DNA from: the human T2T-CHM13v2.0 reference genome, Homo sapiens
DNA length: 64,000 bases
Reading direction: 5' to 3' (one strand)
NCBI RefSeq assembly: GCF_009914755.1
Contig: NC_060927.1
Part shown: positions 49,856 to 64,000 of the stretch, piece by piece
Numbering within the stretch: the first letter of the stretch is position 1
Layout of the letters: every line of letters begins with the position of its first letter
Translations under genes and position numbers: made by a program
The notes under the pieces: generated by a model
Database searches by the model: none
What the model saw: the letters and a program-made list of their open reading frames with translations, nothing else
Told to the model about the DNA's origin: nothing

Positions 49856-50268
49856 CTCATCTGTCCCTTCTGCAGTTTTCAATGCAACCTGCAAGCTGCT
49901 CTGTCTGTCTTATCTATGCCACAGGCTTTTGCTATTTTAGAAACATACTGGAAAACGAGACTTTTATATAAAGAAACTCCAAGATGACATAGACAAGACT
50001 TTTAGGAAACAAAGGACATTGGAAGGCAAGAATATTTTCATAATTCTCTATCTAATACAATACTAGATATGATTATTGCTACTGATATTAGGTCTATAAA
50101 TCATGCTTGAGTCACCAGGCAAGATGTTTGTTATGTTACTCACTATTATTTATACAAAAAGGAGTATTAGAGTATGCCATTATAATCTTTATTAGGTGCT
50201 TTTTGTAAATGTTTCCTGTAAATGTAAAGCAAGTTGTCTCTAGATGGAATAGTGTGAAGTTCTGTAGG

Positions 50269-50836
50269 TGTATTAATTTTCTCTTACTGCGTAACAATAT
50301 AATCACAAACTCAGTGGCTCAAAACAATACACATTTGTCACCTCAGTTACTGGGCATGGCCTAGCTTTGTCCTTCTCTGAGGGTCTCACATAGCTTCAGT
50401 CAGGGCTGCGTTCTCTGGATGCTTAACTGGGGAACTCATAGACATAAGTTATTAACACCATTCACTTCCTTGTGGTTTTAGGGTGTGGTTGTAGTACCGA
50501 GAACTACAGTTTTTTTTATTTTGTTTTTTTCTCCCTGTTGGCTAAAGTCTGCCCTTAGGTCATAGAGGCCACCCACATTTCCTTGCCATGCGGGGTTCCC
50601 CAACATGGCCACTAGCCTCCTTATAGCTAGCGAGGGAAGGAGAGACTCCAGACAAATGCTCCAGTTTTATATAGCATATTCACATATTACGTGCACGTAA
50701 TCATGTTCATCCCAGCACCTTTTCTGTATTATATTGATTGGAAGCAAGTATTACACTCAAAGAGGGGAATCACACAAGGGTGTGAACACGAGAAGGTAAG
50801 GATCATGAGGGGCACCTTAAGAGTTTGTCTGCCATA
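50269..50836 (-). mobile_element. MLT1E-like LTR
   Basis: tgtattaatttt...actcagtggctcaaaacaatacacattt...cactcaaagaggggaatcacacaagggtgtgaacac. Confidence 0.75.
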
Positions 50837-50911
50837 ATGGGCCTGGAGATTACACAAATCCTACTTGCAGGGTGGAATTAATGCCTTATCAAAGATGGTT
50901 TCTGTACCTAA

Positions 50912-51283
<372 letters not shown>

Positions 51284-52415
51284 GGATATTTTTTAATGAC
51301 TAGAAATGGAATAATAAAAATCAGGAGGGTAAAAGATATACATGATCCCAAAACATACCTTCAAACTGGAATGTACTGTAGTTAGAAACAGCTTGGCATG
51401 CAGCTAACTAGATTGACCTAAGCAAGGGCTTCCTGCCTGTAAGGAGCCAAAGGTGCTATTTTTAGGAGCCTAAAGGGAACCCATTTCCAGGAGATCAAAG
51501 ATACAGTGGAAAAACATTTCTTATTTGTTCCAATAAATGTGATGGATCACAAATCTACCTTGCTATAAGATATGCATGTGTTCATTCATTTAGAAAATTG
51601 CTATTGAATGTTTCCCATACACAAGGCCCTTTGCTAGATGCTACCCAATTTTGCATATGTTGATGGAGTATGTCTGTGGGAAAGAGTGCCACCATCTACT
51701 GTCTATACCTGCTATGGGTCTGGGAAGAGGCATAGAGGCACATGTGCCTAGTATCTGCTAGTCCTGGTATATAGTGTTTTTTCAAGAAGTTTGGTGGTAA
51801 AGAAAAGGGGAGTGAATAGATAAGTCAGAAGGAAATTTTGAAAAGGAGAGACATGGACGGGCTTATAGGCAAAGGAGAAACCCAGCCAATAAGAAGAGAC
51901 TTGATGATCTGTGACAAAAGAATCTGTTACATAATAGGTGCTCAGTTAATTATCTTACCCCTCTCCTTACACAGTTTCTCCTCACTTCTTTTTTCTTAAA
52001 CATATATTACCCTGCTCTGCTATACACTATACATGGCAGTAGATACCAAACTGAATATGCACTTGACCCCTTTCCATTTATGCCCCATCCAACTTGGAAA
52101 TATCATTAGCCATTTAATAATCACTTCCGCCCCCCTTATCAGCCTTTGGTCCTTCCTCCTCTGACTATGCCCAACACAGAGTACCGCCTTAATCGTATTT
52201 TCAGCTACCACGTTGATTGCTTTGCATCCTCAGTTAGGCCCTCATGGCTGATTGGTGGCCTTTCATTTCTAGCGACTGTTTCCCACAGTGGCTGTTGAAA
52301 CCTCTCTTGCTCCATAGAATCCCAAATCTGTCACCTTTTCCTTTCACCAGGTGATCTGCCTTCTATAATGTTATTGGAAATGGGATCTCGCAACTTCATT
52401 TCTACTAATCTCATA

Positions 52416-52695
52416 ATTTTTTTTTTTTTTTTTGAGACAGAGTCTCGCTCTGTCTCCCAGGCTGGAGTGCACTGCAACCTCTGCCTCCCAGGTTCAAATG
52501 ATTCTCCTGCCTCAGCCTCCCAAGTAGCTGGGATTACAGGCATGCGCCACCATGCCCAGCTAATTTTTGTATTGTTAGTAAAGACAGGGTTTCACTATGT
52601 TGGCCAGGCTGGTCTTGAACTCCTGACCTCAGGTGATCGCCTGCCTTGGCCTCCCAAAATGCTGGGATTATAGGCATGAGCCACTGCACCCAGCC
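52416..52695 (-). mobile_element. AluS with short internal deletion
   Basis: 18-bp TSD catttctactaatctcat. Confidence 0.9.
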
Positions 52696-52919
52696 CCATT
52701 TCTACTAATCTCATCATCTTTTATTGCCATCTGCACTTTTCTGTTTTCTCTCAAAAAAGTATACACACACACACATACACACACACACACACGTAAACGC
52801 ATACACCTTCTTCCGGTTAAGGCTTTTCATTCCAAATCCTCCCACCTCCTCAATGTATATCTCAGCCATGACCATCCCTCACTCTAGTGAAAAGACACAC
52901 TATCTATTACAGCATAGTG

Positions 52920-53449
52920 CAGGGGTCCCCAACCCCCTGGCCACTGACTGATGCTGGTCTGTGGCCTATTAGGAACTGGACTGCACAGCAGATGAGCAGC
53001 AGGCCAGTAAGTAAGCTTCATCTGGTATTTACAGCTGCTCCCCATCACTTGCATTATTCCCTGAGTTCCCCCTCCTGTCAGATCAGCGGTGGCATTAGAT
53101 TTTCATAGGAGCAGGAAACCTATTGTGAACTGCACATGTGACAGATCTTGATTGCGTGCCCTTTATGAGAATCTAATGCCTGATGATCTGTCATTGTCTC
53201 CCATCACCTCCAGATGGGACTGTCTAGTTGCAGGAAAAAAAGCACAGGGCTCCCACTGATTCTACATTACTGTGAGTTGTGTAATTATTTCATTATATAT
53301 TACAATGTAATAATAGAAATAAAGTGCGCAATAAATGTAATGCACTTGAATCATCCTGAAACCACCCCCTCCCATCCCGCCCCCTAAATCCATGGAAAAA
53401 TTCTCTTCATGAAACCGGTCCCTGGTGCCAAAAAGGTTGGGAACTGCTG
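52920..53449 (+). mobile_element. MER1A (hAT-Charlie)
   Basis: caggggtccccaacccc...ccggtccctggtgccaaaaaggttgggaactgctg, 530 bp; TSD gcatagtg / acatagtg. Confidence 0.92.
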
Positions 53450-53529
53450 ACATAGTGTATTACAGAATCATTTTCAGGCTATCTTGCTTAAATTAGAAGG
53501 GAAAAAATTGTAACAAGTTTTGTTTTTGT

Positions 53530-54390
53530 TTTACCTCACATACCTATTATTTATTTGTGGTGAAATATTTAAAATCTATTCTAGCAATTTTCATGTGTGG
53601 AATACATTGTTATTAACTATAGTCACTGTGTTATACAAGAGATCTCCTGAACTTATTCCTTCTAACTGAAATTTTGTATCCTTTGACCAACATCTCCCCA
53701 AAACCCCAATAACGCGTTTTCTTAAAGTTAAAATAATTTGGTTAAAATAGCAGTGAACTTTTCTTATCTTATCAATTTTTGTAACTTTTCCCAAAAGCAA
53801 TACATTTGTACTTCACAGATAATCTAGAAATTTATACTAAAAGAGAAGAAAATAAAATCACCAGTCTCTCTCTATCCAGAGATAGGCATGATATATGTAT
53901 GATCTGTATCCTTCAACCTTCTAGTCATCTATACATGTTAGATCACCTGGTATCTATTATTGTGTGGACTGCCTTTTTTCACACTTTGTCATGAATATTT
54001 TTACCTGTTCCTATACATTTTAGTATACAACCTGTAAAGGTTTTAAGTGTTCTATTGAATAGTTTTATCATAATTTATTTAATACCTTCCATTGTTAGGA
54101 GTATTATATTATTCCCAGTTATTTTTGTTTTAAATAATTATGTGATGAAGTCCTTGTAGCTAGATCGTTTTGCAAAGTACTGATTATTTATTTAGAATTA
54201 ACTTCTCAAACTTGAATTTTGGGTCAAAAGATATCTACATTTTAAGCCTACTGATACCTATTGCCAAATTGTACTTCAAAAAAGATGCAGCAATTATTTA
54301 GCCATCAGCAGTGTATAAGAGTATCTATTTTGCCTTACCCTTTCCAAAGGGTGCAAGATTTTTTCTGTGAATTGCTTGTTCATGACCTTT
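53530..54390 (-). mobile_element. Old L1 3' fragments (L1MA then L1ME-like)
   Basis: tttaaaatctattctagcaattttca...attaactatagtcac...cctttgaccaacatctcccc, then tattgccaaattg...cagcagtgtataagagt. Confidence 0.65.
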
Positions 54391-54496
54391 TCCTCCTCCT
54401 CCCTCTGCCTTATTAGTATGCTTATCTATCTACCTTGATAATTTTTGAACTCACATTTGTTCAAATTAGTAAAAGTGCATTTTGCACTACTTTTGA

Positions 54497-54824
<328 letters not shown>

Positions 54825-55130
54825 GAGATTTGCTTTTATATATTGGACAGACTACAGATTATGTATACAGATACAGATATATCAAGGTGTAGCTTTACAA
54901 AGCCATTTAATACTGTTCTGTGTAGCTTAATCTATTTCTTTATACATCTCTATTTACTCTATTTCTTATACATTGCCTTATTGATCATCATTCAGAGGCC
55001 TGGAATAATTAATAGTTTAGTTAAAAGTAAAGCATGACATTGATCTCGGTCTACTTGTCCGACTTATAAATTATTCTTTAATACTAGCCCATTTTCTCTT
55101 TCACATTTTTAAAACACATTTTTTAAGTTT

Positions 55131-55146
55131 GCAGTAGATGGCAGCA
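55131..55146 (+). promoter_or_regulatory. CTCF-like motif
   Basis: gcagtagatggcagca resembles the CCAGYAGRKGGCRSYA core. Confidence 0.3.
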
Positions 55147-55267
55147 GCAGAAAGCATTCTTTCATTCGATTGAAAATGTCACCAGGCATTTTGAGGGAAC
55201 AATACAAAAGAACTTGCCCTAAATGTGAAGAACTTGTAATGGAGGCGATTTCAGAAATATCAATGTA

Positions 55268-55587
<320 letters not shown>

Positions 55588-56177
55588 GAAATATAAATGT
55601 AGCATGAAATTGGCGACTATTTTATACTCCAACTAAGCAGTGAGCTCCAACAAATAATCTCCTGGGGAAAATGCATTTAATTTTTCAAGTGTTGCATTGT
55701 TTACTAATTACAGTATATTTTACTGGTTTTCTGGAATTCTACTTTTTCCTCCTACCTCTCTTTATATTTACTTATAGTGGAAGCCACTTCAAGACACCAG
55801 CCTCTTTTCTAGACAAATGGCCTTTTGAAGATGACCATTTATTATGGAGCCTCGAGTAATTTAATGAACTAAAAACACATCTAAGAAAATGTGGCCTTTT
55901 TAGGCCACTGCTTCCATTTTGAATGATATTCAATGGAGCTTCATTTTGCTCATTTTGAAATTTAGGCCCAATACATCTCTCGAGTATTTATAATAGTTTT
56001 CTCTAGATCATAACATTCCCCCTAAAGTTAGACAAGCATTTTCTGTAATTCACTCATAACAGGAGCAAGCAACACTACCATAGGGGACCTATGGACATGC
56101 TGCTTTTCTTTCCAAACTATACTGACAGGTGGATATTCTGTCCCCTAGACCACGAGGAGTGGCTATAAGATAGGCCT

Positions 56178-56500
<323 letters not shown>

Positions 56501-56675
56501 AGATAGGCCTAGTGGTTATGGGTTTTGAAAAGAAAAGAGGAGCACTTGGTACTCTGGCCGGTTGAAAGCTAATGGTGATTTCAAAGGCAGAGAAATCAGA
56601 TTGTTCTGAACTAGGAACAAGCAGCAGCTGTAAGCATATGGTACTGTAATCAAAGGCTTCCATTTCTACTTATTC

Positions 56676-57036
56676 TTTTTTTTTTTTAATTTTAGATTCA
56701 AGGGGCACATGTGCAGGTTTGTTACATTGGTATATTGTGTCATGGTGGGGTTTGGGCTTCTATTGAACCCATCATGCTAATATTGAACTTAATACCCAGG
56801 AGATGGTTTTTCAGTCCTTGCTCTCCTCCCTCCCTTCCTCAATGTCTCTTATTTCCATCTTTACGTCCATGTGTCCCCATTGTTTAGCTCTCACGTATAA
56901 GTGAAAACGTGTAGTATTTGGTTCTCTCTTTCTGCATTCATCCACTCAGGATAATGGCCTCCAGCTGCATCCATGTTGCAGCAAAGGACATGACTTCATT
57001 CTTTTTTATGGGTCTGTGGAATTCCATGGTGTATAT
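56676..57036 (-). mobile_element. L1PB-class 3' fragment
   Basis: ttttagattcaaggggcacatgtgcaggtttgttaca...ataatggcctccagctgcatccatgttgc. Confidence 0.85.
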
Positions 57037-57663
57037 GATCTACCCAATCTTAAGACTGTCTCAAAATGAGAAAGAACAGATTGGGATTCAACTAACTGAA
57101 GATGGTCTGGAGTGGTTTTCAAAAACTGTATTTTGGAATGAATAATTTTTTCACCCTTAATTCCATCCCAGCCCAAATTCTGTATGTGAGACGTATTAAG
57201 AAAGGAAACTTTCCAGTTCTAGACTGTAAGCTTCTTCAGGGCGAGGACTGTGTGTTTATCATCAGATCTCAGCTCAGTGCTAGCACATACCAAGTGCTCT
57301 GAACTGTCTCCTGAATGAATAAATGAAGTTAACTGCTTTATGGTGACTCTTTCCTTTCATGTCTCCCTAAGACTCCCCTTCTTTTCATATGCTCTTAGCA
57401 TGCTGTGTGCGTACACTGCAGTAGGCAGGAACTCTTTCTCTTCAGCAAGGACACAGCTTAGAAGACAGGTTTCTAGTAAAGAATGTCTATTGTTGGTTAG
57501 TCAGCACAAGGGAGACCCTGGGGCCAAAGCCTTCTGAGGTGGTTTTTAAAAGATTAAAGCATCAAAATTTTCCAGGCCACAGAAAAATAGAAATTTTTAT
57601 AAGAATTTAAAATATATTTCCAGACCCTAGCATGTTTTATTAGGTTCAACAGAGCACTTATGA

Positions 57664-58052
<389 letters not shown>

Positions 58053-58214
58053 TGACCATTGTCACTTATATCTTGTTGGATCTCTGACTATAATTGCTTG
58101 GGTCCATGTTTCTTGTTTGTTCATCCTTGTTTTAATCATACTATATGGTATGCTAGTATTTTCTCTTATGTTACATTTCAGATACTTTTGAGACAAAATG
58201 TGTGATTTTTCAAT

Positions 58215-58905
58215 AAGATACCATCTCACACCAATCAGAATGGCTATTACAAAAAGTCAAAAAATAACAGATGCTGGCAAGGTCACAGAGAAAAGGGAAC
58301 GTGTATACACTGTTGGCAGGAATGTAAATTAGTTCAACCATTGTGGAAAGCAGTTTGGCAATTTCTCAAAGAACTTAAAACAGAACTACCATTCGACATA
58401 GCAGTCCCATTATTCTGTATACACTCAAAGGAAAATAAATCGTTCTTTCCTAAAGACACATACATGCATATAATCATCATAGCACTCTTCACTATAGCAC
58501 AAACGTGGAATCAACCTATCAACCGTAGACTAGATAAAGAAAATGTGGTACATGTACACCATGGAATACTACACAGCCATAAAAAAGCATGAGATAATAT
58601 TCCGTGCAGCAACATGGATGGAGCTGGAGGCCATTATCCTATGTGAACTAATACAGGAACAGAGCACTAAACACCACGTGTTCTCACTTATAAGTGGGAG
58701 CTAAACATTGAGTACACATGGACAATAGACATCAGGGCCTATTTGAAGGTGGAGGATGGGAGGAGGATGCAGACTGAAAAACTACCTATTGGGCACTATG
58801 TTTATTACCTGGGTGATGAAATAATCTGTACACTGAACCCCCATGACACACAATTTATCTATATAACAAACCTGCACATATATGCCTGAAACTAGAATAA
58901 AAGTT
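58215..58905 (+). mobile_element. L1PB-class 3' end
   Basis: ORF2 C-terminus (WKAVWQFLKELKTELPFD), then 3' UTR ending aaacctgcacat...aataaaag. Confidence 0.88.
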
Positions 58906-59712
58906 TTTTAAAATGTGATTTTAAAAATCTTGTTGGCTTTCCTTTAGAATTGAGGACAGTTTTCTATGTCCCAGGATTACCGAGTGAATGTTAACTGACT
59001 CTGCCAAAGAAAGAGGCAGTGTTAGTGGTCACTGTTATCCACAGATGGGATGATGTCATGCAAAGAAGATCCCAGGAGACTGGTAATCAATTCCTGGCTC
59101 TGCCATGAATTCCAAGACTATGGACAAATCTCTGAACTTGCATTTATTCATATGTTAAAAAAAGGAAGACAGAGTAGATTGAGTTTTAAGATTTCTCCCA
59201 GTATCTTGGTTCTCTGAGTAACTAATTCTCAGAATGTCTAGAGCAATCATTTACTTATCTCATTTAATGAATAGCCACGTAACACCAAGTAGCAGGATAT
59301 ATTAGTGGGGTAGAGTAAGTAGCAGTAACAGAGTCTCAAAAAATTTGGTGCCTCATAAAAGGAAGAACACTCATCATTAGCAACCCTAAAGCAGGCAGGT
59401 AATTCAGGACAGATAGACAGCTTTGATTCATTAGAATATTCAAAGCCCAGGGTTACTTCTATTTGTTCTGCCATTGCCTAGGGTGTTGTCATCATCTGCA
59501 TGGTACAAGTTGACTCAGTGTGGCAATGAGGAAAAAGAGTCCAGGACAGCAGCTTCATCTCTAACAAGACCCGGAAGTTGCAAACATCACTCACTCACTC
59601 ACATCTCATTGACTAGAACTTAGTCATGTGGTCACGTGTACAGCCAGGAAAGTACAGAACTATTTAGCAGAGTGGCCACGTACCCACCTAAAACTTTAAA
59701 AGTAAGAGTGGG

Positions 59713-60018
59713 GGCCGGGCGCGGTGGCTCACTCCTGTAATCCCAGCACTTTGGGAGGCCAAGGCGGGCAGATCACCTGAGGTTGGGAGTTTGAGACCAG
59801 CCTGACCAACATGGAGAAACCCCATCTCTACTAAAAATACAAAATTAGCCGGGTGTGGTGGTGCATGCCTGTAATCCCAGCTACTCAGGAGGCTGAGTCA
59901 GGAGAATCACTTGAACCCAGGAGGCAGAGGTTGTGGTGAGCCAAGATCGTGCCATTGCACTCCACCCTGGGCAACAAGAGCAAAACTCTGTCTAAAAAAG
60001 AAAAAAAAAAGAAAAAAA
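59713..60018 (+). mobile_element. AluSp-like
   Basis: gaggttgggagtttgagaccagcctgaccaacatggagaaacc; TSD aaaagta(a/g)gagtggg. Confidence 0.9.
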
Positions 60019-60746
60019 GTAGGAGTGGGGATCAAGGATTCTCTTACCAAAAGGAAAGAGGAAAGATTGGATATTCGAGGACAATCTCTACCACTCTACC
60101 TTCTGTTATAATTTTAAGCCACTAAAACAATTTTTATTTTCCTATTTATTGTGTTTCTTGTCTAGTGAAATAGGCTGAGATCAGGCTCTGTGATTTATCC
60201 CTCTGTGTAAATACACCAGCATATGTTATCTTGAACATAGATGGCATGCATTAAAAAAATGTATACTTGATTTATATATTGATGTTCAGAGTATCTAAAA
60301 AAGCACTATGGCCAGCCCCCTTCCTCATTCCTATATTCTCCTGTATCTACTTATTACCTGTTTAATGAATGCTACCTGTACAGCTTTAATTCTCAACCTA
60401 GTTGAACAGACTGGATTGGAACCTATGAAGTAAAAGTTTAAAAATACAATATAAATTGATTGATTCAGGGCAGGTTGCTGCTAGTAGCAACTACTATCTT
60501 TTACTACTTGAGGTAAAGATATTACTATCCTATCTTGAGGTAGTACAATTACACGTAATGGAAAACCAAGAGCTTTCCAATGCGGCTTCATTATTTAATT
60601 GTAAGTGTATTTCCTGGACATAACGTATAATTACATTCATGAGTACACTTTAAAACAGAGTTTTTCCCTGAAAGATTTTTGAGTCCTTCCCCCTCTGTCC
60701 CCTTCATCAGTGTTTATAGTAAAGAGATGACTATAGTGCTGGGTAT

Positions 60747-61142
60747 TGTTAAAAACTTCAGCCAAATTAAATTTAAAGGAGTTTAATTGAGCAATGAACA
60801 ATTTGTGAACTTGGCAGCCCCCAGAATCACAGCAGATTCAGAGAGACTCCAGCACAGCCATGGGATGGAAGAGGATTTATGGACAGCAAAAGGAAAGTGA
60901 CAGTACAGAAAACGGAAGCGAGGGGCAGAAACAGCTGGGTTGGTTCCAGCTCAGTATTTGCCTTATTTGAACATGGTTCGAACAGTTGGCTACATTTGAT
61001 TGGCCAAAACCCAGTGATTGGCATAGGTGTGGGCTACGGTCGGTTTACACCTCTACTTGTTACAGTTTACAATATACAGAAAAATCTTTAGGCCAAACTT
61101 AAATACATAAGGAGGCAGCTTTAGGCTAAACTTGACTTAACA
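60747..61142 (-). mobile_element. MER57-family (ERV1) solo LTR
   Basis: TG...CA termini, 396 bp, perfect 4-bp TSD gtat. Reverse complement begins tgttaagtcaagtttagcctaaagctgcctcctta. Three ATTGG/GTTGG CCAAT-type boxes. Confidence 0.88.
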
Positions 61143-61706
61143 GTATGACTCTACATAGTATGGACCTGTTTATGGATGGTCATATAAGGCTCATTTTAAA
61201 ACTGACTTCACAATTTACTGATTCAGTGTTAATATCTTATCATCTTTGACTTCTAGTTCTTCACTTGCTGTACTCACACACTGTAATCTTATATTAGAAT
61301 GAAAAGTACTAATGTATGCCTTACCAGTTTTACATTTGATATGGACCTTGGGGGAATTGTCCCTGCTCTCTCATATCCAGTTTCCCCAAATCCTTCCCCT
61401 TCAAGGTCTACCTCCTTGTTGAAACTGACCATAACCACACCCCGCCCCCGCCAACCCCAAATGGTCATTCCATCAAAGAGAAGAAAGACTTAATTCAAGC
61501 TCTGGGTAAGAGGGTGGCAGTGCAGACTGGGACTAGTAGAGCAAACTGCAGCATTAGACCAGGCTGTGTTTGTGTAAGGACAAGCCTTTATTCCCTTCAC
61601 AAGCGTGCCAACTTGCCAAAGATAAGTAAATCGTAAGTATCGGCTATCATCTGGTCTAGGAAGAGCGGCTCTTGGCCTTGACTCAGCCTCACTTCACATT
61701 CCCAGA

Positions 61707-62127
61707 GCTCTTGATGAGCCTCAACTTGGGGCATCTTTGTTCTTGTCATATTTGTCTCCAGGGGACTTAGATGTTTCCCTAAGGGACAGGACATATCTAT
61801 CTGCTAAGGGTCTGCTCCTACCTCTCTGTGTCAACAGAGGGCAGCAGAGAGCATCACCCGGTAGCCTAACCTGTAGGCTTCAAACCGGGGCAACGGCAAT
61901 CCAAGTGCCTAGGGAAGCAAATGCCTGGGGAGTGTACGCATTGCCCCCGTTTGAAGCCTATAGGTTAGGCTACCGGGTGATGCTCTCCGCTGCCCTCTGT
62001 TGACATAGAGAGGTAGGAGCAGACCCTTAGCAGATAGATATGTCCTGTCCCTTAGGGAAACATCTAAGTGCCCTGGAGACAAATGTGACAAGAATAAAGA
62101 TGCCTCAAGTAGAGGCTCATCAAGAGC
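61707..62127. repeat. Long inverted repeat: 187-bp arms (61707-61893, 61941-62127), 47-nt spacer
   Basis: Manual alignment gives 178/187 matches, no gaps, and a longest perfect run of 63 bp (61765-61827). Confidence 0.97.
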
Positions 62128-62740
62128 CTCAAGAACAACACTGGGACTGTTATAAGTATGGGGGGGGGGCAGGGTACTAAATGTGTTGCTGTGTGTAGGA
62201 TGGTCCCATTCAAGGAAGTCTATTCTTGCCCCCAAATTTCAGTTACCTTTCTTCTAGTATTGTATCCCAAATTCAAGTAAAACATTCCTGTCTACCCCAC
62301 TAATTTAACATCTACACCATTTTGTATTGTTACTCATCTCACCAAAGCTCCTTGATACTTAGAAACTGGCTTTTTAATCTTTGCATTGCTACTTCTTAAA
62401 AATTTATCCTTAATTTTACTCATTGGATGATGAAAAACAGGTCTTTAAAGGGGGAGGGTTAACAGGTAATGGATAGAATTTAAAAGTATAGTCAGTTTCA
62501 ATAGATAACAGAGTTTAGATAAAAGCTATATTAGACGAGCCAATCTTCCCGGGGCCCTAATTTTCTCACAAGTAAAATGGAACCAACAACTACCCTATTT
62601 TAAAGAAAGTTGTAAACTGTAAAGTGCAGTATAAGATCGTTTACAAAGAATGTCTAGGACCAGATTTGCTCCCAATTATTATTTCTGGAATTTAGATATC
62701 TGAAACTCCAAAAGAGTGTAATATAATGAAGATACATTAA

Positions 62741-63211
<471 letters not shown>

Positions 63212-63879
63212 GCAAAGAGAACTCAGAATTGACTTTAAAATGAAGGTCAGAAAAAGGATAGGTCACAGGAAAAATACACTTTTATAACCTTTGAATAGAG
63301 AGAAATAGAAAAAAAAATTAAGAGATTCAAAGTTATAATCTGTCAACCACAGAATAAGAATAACCTAAGAGAAAATGCATGAAATTCAGAAATATAAAAT
63401 ATGTTTAGTTATAGTTTTGATTATGAGGTTATTGAGTAACATAACTAACATTGTTTACCATGCTGAGGTGCTGTGCTATACCTGTAATTACTTCCATTTT
63501 ACAGTGAGTCATTTAAGTGAACATTTAAGTAACCTTGCCCAGGGCTTCAGAATTAATGTATCTTAAAGCCTGGATGAATTGAGATAAACGGTAAAAAGAT
63601 TTCTGTGAAGGTCACTGACTTCAAAATATCAAAGATACAGCTTGCTATTGAGAGGAAATACTGGGTCTTTAAAATGTCGAACTTTTGATGGTGACAAAGA
63701 TAATAATAATAAAGTGTAAACACCATGTGAGAGTTAGAAGACAGAATTTGAAAGTTAGTCTACCAATATATTGAAATTATTAATGTCAGAAAAGGAATTC
63801 TATAGTACAGGGAATCTGATTTTAATTTGGTTTTCTTGAATAGGATGAAAGAGAATCAATTAATGACATTGTGTTAATA

Positions 63880-64000
63880 AGTACTCTTTTGGCTGCAAGT
63901 GACAGAAACCTTTATCAAACTTGTTTGTTTGTGTGTTTTTTAAAGGGAGTAAGGAGGGAGGGATTGATTGGCTTATGTAATTGGGAGGTCCAGCAGAGTA
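63880..64000 (-). mobile_element. Old MLT1 (J/K/L-like) LTR start, runs off window
   Basis: ttggctgcaagtgacagaaacc...caaacttg...attggcttatgtaattggga. Confidence 0.5.

Noticed and set aside
60536-60545. TGAGGTAGTA, identical to the first 10 nt of let-7
   Set aside because: The match stops at 10 nt and there is no let-7-like precursor hairpin; compatible with chance
61737-62235. Two opposite-strand ORFs sharing LDVSLRDRTYLSAKGLLLPL (apparent gene pair)
   Set aside because: The shared peptide is a direct consequence of the DNA inverted repeat. Both start at non-ATG codons and nothing independently supports coding.

Overview
This is primate genomic DNA, almost certainly human: it carries an AluYb-lineage element and about 41 Alu copies or monomers, roughly a fifth of the window. 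It is repeat-dense, lacks a CpG island and has no recognisable protein-coding gene. The supplied ORFs are mostly Alu, L1, LTR or simple-repeat read-throughs. The left end looks like the 3' end of a + strand transcript (tandem AATAAA with GU/U-rich elements), but I cannot name the gene. The rest is intronic or intergenic sequence with a deeply nested L1/MaLR/L1/Alu stack (6.6-18.3 kb), solo LTRs, hAT and Tigger MITEs, L2/MIR/CR1 relics, a purine-pyrimidine minisatellite (28.5-28.8 kb) and a candidate GATA-associated exon or promoter (36.15-36.5 kb). The stand-out unexplained structure is a long inverted repeat at 61707-62127 that I do not recognise as a transposon. It has two gap-free 187-bp arms matching at 178/187 positions around a 47-nt spacer. 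Five of the nine mismatches are G-U pairs on the + strand, and only the 3' arm has a poly(A) signal. It is a candidate long-hairpin RNA (endo-siRNA/ADAR substrate) or cruciform locus. Repeat subfamily calls are by eye and boundaries of old repeats are approximate.
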